Below, in pieces: positions 61,689 to 64,000 of a DNA stretch of 64,000 nt. The DNA comes from Candidatus Poribacteria bacterium (GTDB lineage Bacteria; Poribacteria; WGA-4E; WGA-3G). The stretch spans positions 3,648,001 through 3,712,000 of the forward strand of contig OZ243938.1 of NCBI GenBank assembly GCA_965214095.1, in the 5' to 3' direction. Under the pieces are notes generated by a model that did no database searches, was not told where the DNA came from, and worked only from the letters and a program-made list of their open reading frames with translations. The position numbers were made by a program, and so were the translations under genes. Positions within the stretch are counted from its first letter, which is position 1. The number at the start of each line of letters is the position of its first letter.

Positions 61689-63500
61689 GTGAGAATAATT
61701 CGTATGACAGGTAAAAGAGAGACAACATCAGAGATATTGATAGGTTCAGAAATTGAAGACACTTCATCGGAACAGGTTAACTATCCGCAACTTATTCGTG
61801 AGTTGAATTGGCAGATAGAGATGCTTGAAAATGAGATCAGTGATCTGCGAAGACAACTCAGTAATACACCGGGAGATGATGTTGATGCGCGTCTATATGA
61901 CATGACGCGTGAACTGATGCAGGCACATCGTCAAAACCGCAAATTAAGAAATACCCTGCAAGAGGCAAAAGAGAAACTTGAACTTCTGAAAGAAAAGGTC
62001 AAGCAACTCAGTGCGCCTCCGAACAACTACGGTATTTTCCTGAGTGCTAATGATGATGGCACGATAGATGTTGACATCAGTGGTAAGAAATGGCGTGTCA
62101 ACCATGATCCCGCCCTTGACCTCAAGCAGCTACAAGTTGGACAGGAAGTCATAGTCAATAGTGGTTTAAATGTTGTAGCAATTCAACCCCCTGAAAAACA
62201 TGGCGATGTCGTCAAGATTAAAGAGATGCTTGATACTGATAGGGCTGTGATTAATGTCAGAACAGATGAAGAACAGGTTGTTCGTATATCTGAATCCTTG
62301 AAGGGTGAGACATTAAAATTGGGTGACAACGTTTTACTGAATCATACCAGTGGCATGCTGCTTGAAAAACTACCTAAACGTGAACTTGACGACCTTCTAC
62401 TTGAAGAAGTTCCTGATATTAGTTATGAAGATGTCGGTGGTTTAGATACACAGATAGAAGCCATCCGTGATGCGATTGAAATGCCGTATCTATATCCTGA
62501 TGAGTACAAGGAATTTAGTCTCACACCACCAAAAGGGGTACTATTATACGGACCGCCGGGATGTGGGAAAACTTTAATTGCACGTGCAGTCGCGAATTGT
62601 CTTGCTGAACGTATGCGTCAAGAGACTGATAGAGAAGATGTTAAAGGATATTTCATTAATATTAAGGGACCAGAATTATTGAATAAATATGTTGGGGAGA
62701 CAGAGCGAAAGATCCGAGAAGTTTTTTCCAAAGCACGCGAGAAATCCAAAGAAGGTTTTCCTGTTGTCATTTTCTTTGATGAAATGGATTCGTTGTTCCG
62801 TTCCCGTGGTACGGGTATTTCATCTGATATGGAGTCTACGTTAGTACCGCAGTTCCTTGCCATGATTGATGGTGTAGAGAATCTACGTGATGTAATTGTG
62901 ATTGGGGCAAGTAATCGTCAGGACCTATTGGATCCAGCAGTATTACGACCGGGAAGGCTTGATATAAAGATCAAGATTGATCGTCCGTGTATTGAAGGAG
63001 CAAAGGATATTTTTGCTATCTATTTAACGCCTGACTTGCCGTTTGCTAAGGAAGAAGTTGATAAATTTGATGGAAATACAGAAAGTGTTTCAGAACACAT
63101 CATTTCAGCTGCTGTTGATGAGATGTATGCGACTACTGATGAGAATAAGTTTATTGAAGTTACATACACTCGTGGTGAACGAGAGACGCTTTATTTCAAA
63201 GATTTCGTTAGTGGAGCAATGATTGAGAATATCGTCTCCCGTGCGAAGAAGATGGCGATCAAACGATTGATTAGTTCTGAAGGGAAAGATAAAGGTATTT
63301 CTCTTAACGATATGAAAACTGCCATTCGAGAAGAGTATCGTGAAAACGAGGACCTTCCGAACACCACTAATCCAGATGATTGGGCAAAGATATCTGGCAG
63401 GAAAGGTGAGAAAATCGTGAACATTCGGGCATTGATTAATGAACCTGAGCCACGTAGACAACCCGATGTTCGTGTAAGTAAAGGCGGTACATACCTATAA
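61689..63500 (+). CDS. arc: Proteasome-associated AAA ATPase ARC/Mpa
   Basis: N-terminal coiled coil, two OB folds, EEVPDISYEDVGG, GPPGCGKT, IKGPELLNKYVGE, EDLPNTTNPDDWAKISG and C-terminal GTYL. Start may be ATG 61704. Confidence 0.96.
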   Translation: MRIIRMTGKRETTSEILIGSEIEDTSSEQVNYPQLIRELNWQIEMLENEISDLRRQLSNTPGDDVDARLYDMTRELMQAHRQNRKLRNTLQEAKEKLELLKEKVKQLSAPPNNYGIFLSANDDGTIDVDISGKKWRVNHDPALDLKQLQVGQEVIVNSGLNVVAIQPPEKHGDVVKIKEMLDTDRAVINVRTDEEQVVRISESLKGETLKLGDNVLLNHTSGMLLEKLPKRELDDLLLEEVPDISYEDVGGLDTQIEAIRDAIEMPYLYPDEYKEFSLTPPKGVLLYGPPGCGKTLIARAVANCLAERMRQETDREDVKGYFINIKGPELLNKYVGETERKIREVFSKAREKSKEGFPVVIFFDEMDSLFRSRGTGISSDMESTLVPQFLAMIDGVENLRDVIVIGASNRQDLLDPAVLRPGRLDIKIKIDRPCIEGAKDIFAIYLTPDLPFAKEEVDKFDGNTESVSEHIISAAVDEMYATTDENKFIEVTYTRGERETLYFKDFVSGAMIENIVSRAKKMAIKRLISSEGKDKGISLNDMKTAIREEYRENEDLPNTTNPDDWAKISGRKGEKIVNIRALINEPEPRRQPDVRVSKGGTYL

Positions 63501-63651
63501 ATTGGTGTTCAAATCTTGACTATAGTGAATTATAAATATAAATTGACACTTTCACCTTACGGTAGGCGAAGTTTCCTAACCTCGCCGATGCAGAGTATTC
63601 AAGTAATTTCAAAATCTACTATATTGACCAATTTGATATTGAAAGTGAAGA

Positions 63652-64000
63652 ATGACAGTACCAACAATAATCGGCACCGAAACAGAGTTCGGTATCTCTG
63701 TCAAGAATGCGCGTGAACAAGACCCTGTAGCGGCATCAACATTAGTTGTCAATGCCTATAAGAGTCGTAACATTCCAACGATTTCGTGGGATTATGCCCA
63801 AGAAAGTCCAATGTTGGACGCACGCGGGTTCACGGTGGAGAGTGAAAAACAACCAAGTGAAGATGTTAATAATAGTGTAATCAACGATATTCTTATCAAT
63901 GGTGGTAGGTATTATGTTGATCACGCACATCCTGAATATTGTACCCCTGAGTGTAGTAATGCACGCGATTTGGTAAAATATGAAAAGGCAGGCGAATTGA
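63652..64000 (+). CDS. dop: Depupylase/deamidase Dop (PafA2), 5' part
   Basis: Own translation: MTVPTIIGTETEFGISV...WDYAQESPMLDARGF...NGGRYYVDHAHPEYCTPEC; runs off window end. Confidence 0.92.
   Translation, partial: MTVPTIIGTETEFGISVKNAREQDPVAASTLVVNAYKSRNIPTISWDYAQESPMLDARGFTVESEKQPSEDVNNSVINDILINGGRYYVDHAHPEYCTPECSNARDLVKYEKAGEL

Overview
A 64-kb bacterial chromosomal segment, about 40% GC by eye, standard genetic code. It most resembles Candidatus Poribacteria (inference, from secreted LamG proteins ending in a KL.ttWG.LK motif, FlgD/T9SS-like C-terminal domains and a Pup-type proteasome locus). Housekeeping genes include pyrG, kdsB, thrC, tsaB, aroA, tenA, metH, lolA, pgsA, thpR, recA, arc, dop and tRNA-Ala(GGC). 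They are interleaved with secreted or surface proteins, tandem paralogues (LarA-like x2, methyltransferase x2, repeat/propeller proteins x3), a DUF433/DUF5615 toxin-antitoxin pair and a frameshifted primase/helicase-like gene. Most intergenic spacers are filled with nested small elements: roughly 70 copies (manual count) of a GTAG-type REP hairpin with covarying stems, several other REP families and at least three MITE families. The strongest novel signal is an intact IS4-family (IS231-like ends) element and ~171-bp non-autonomous derivatives. These insert precisely at the REP hairpin, duplicate exactly its 20 bp, and each derivative carries two more REP copies, i.e. new targets. All calls come from reading the sequence; no database search was run.
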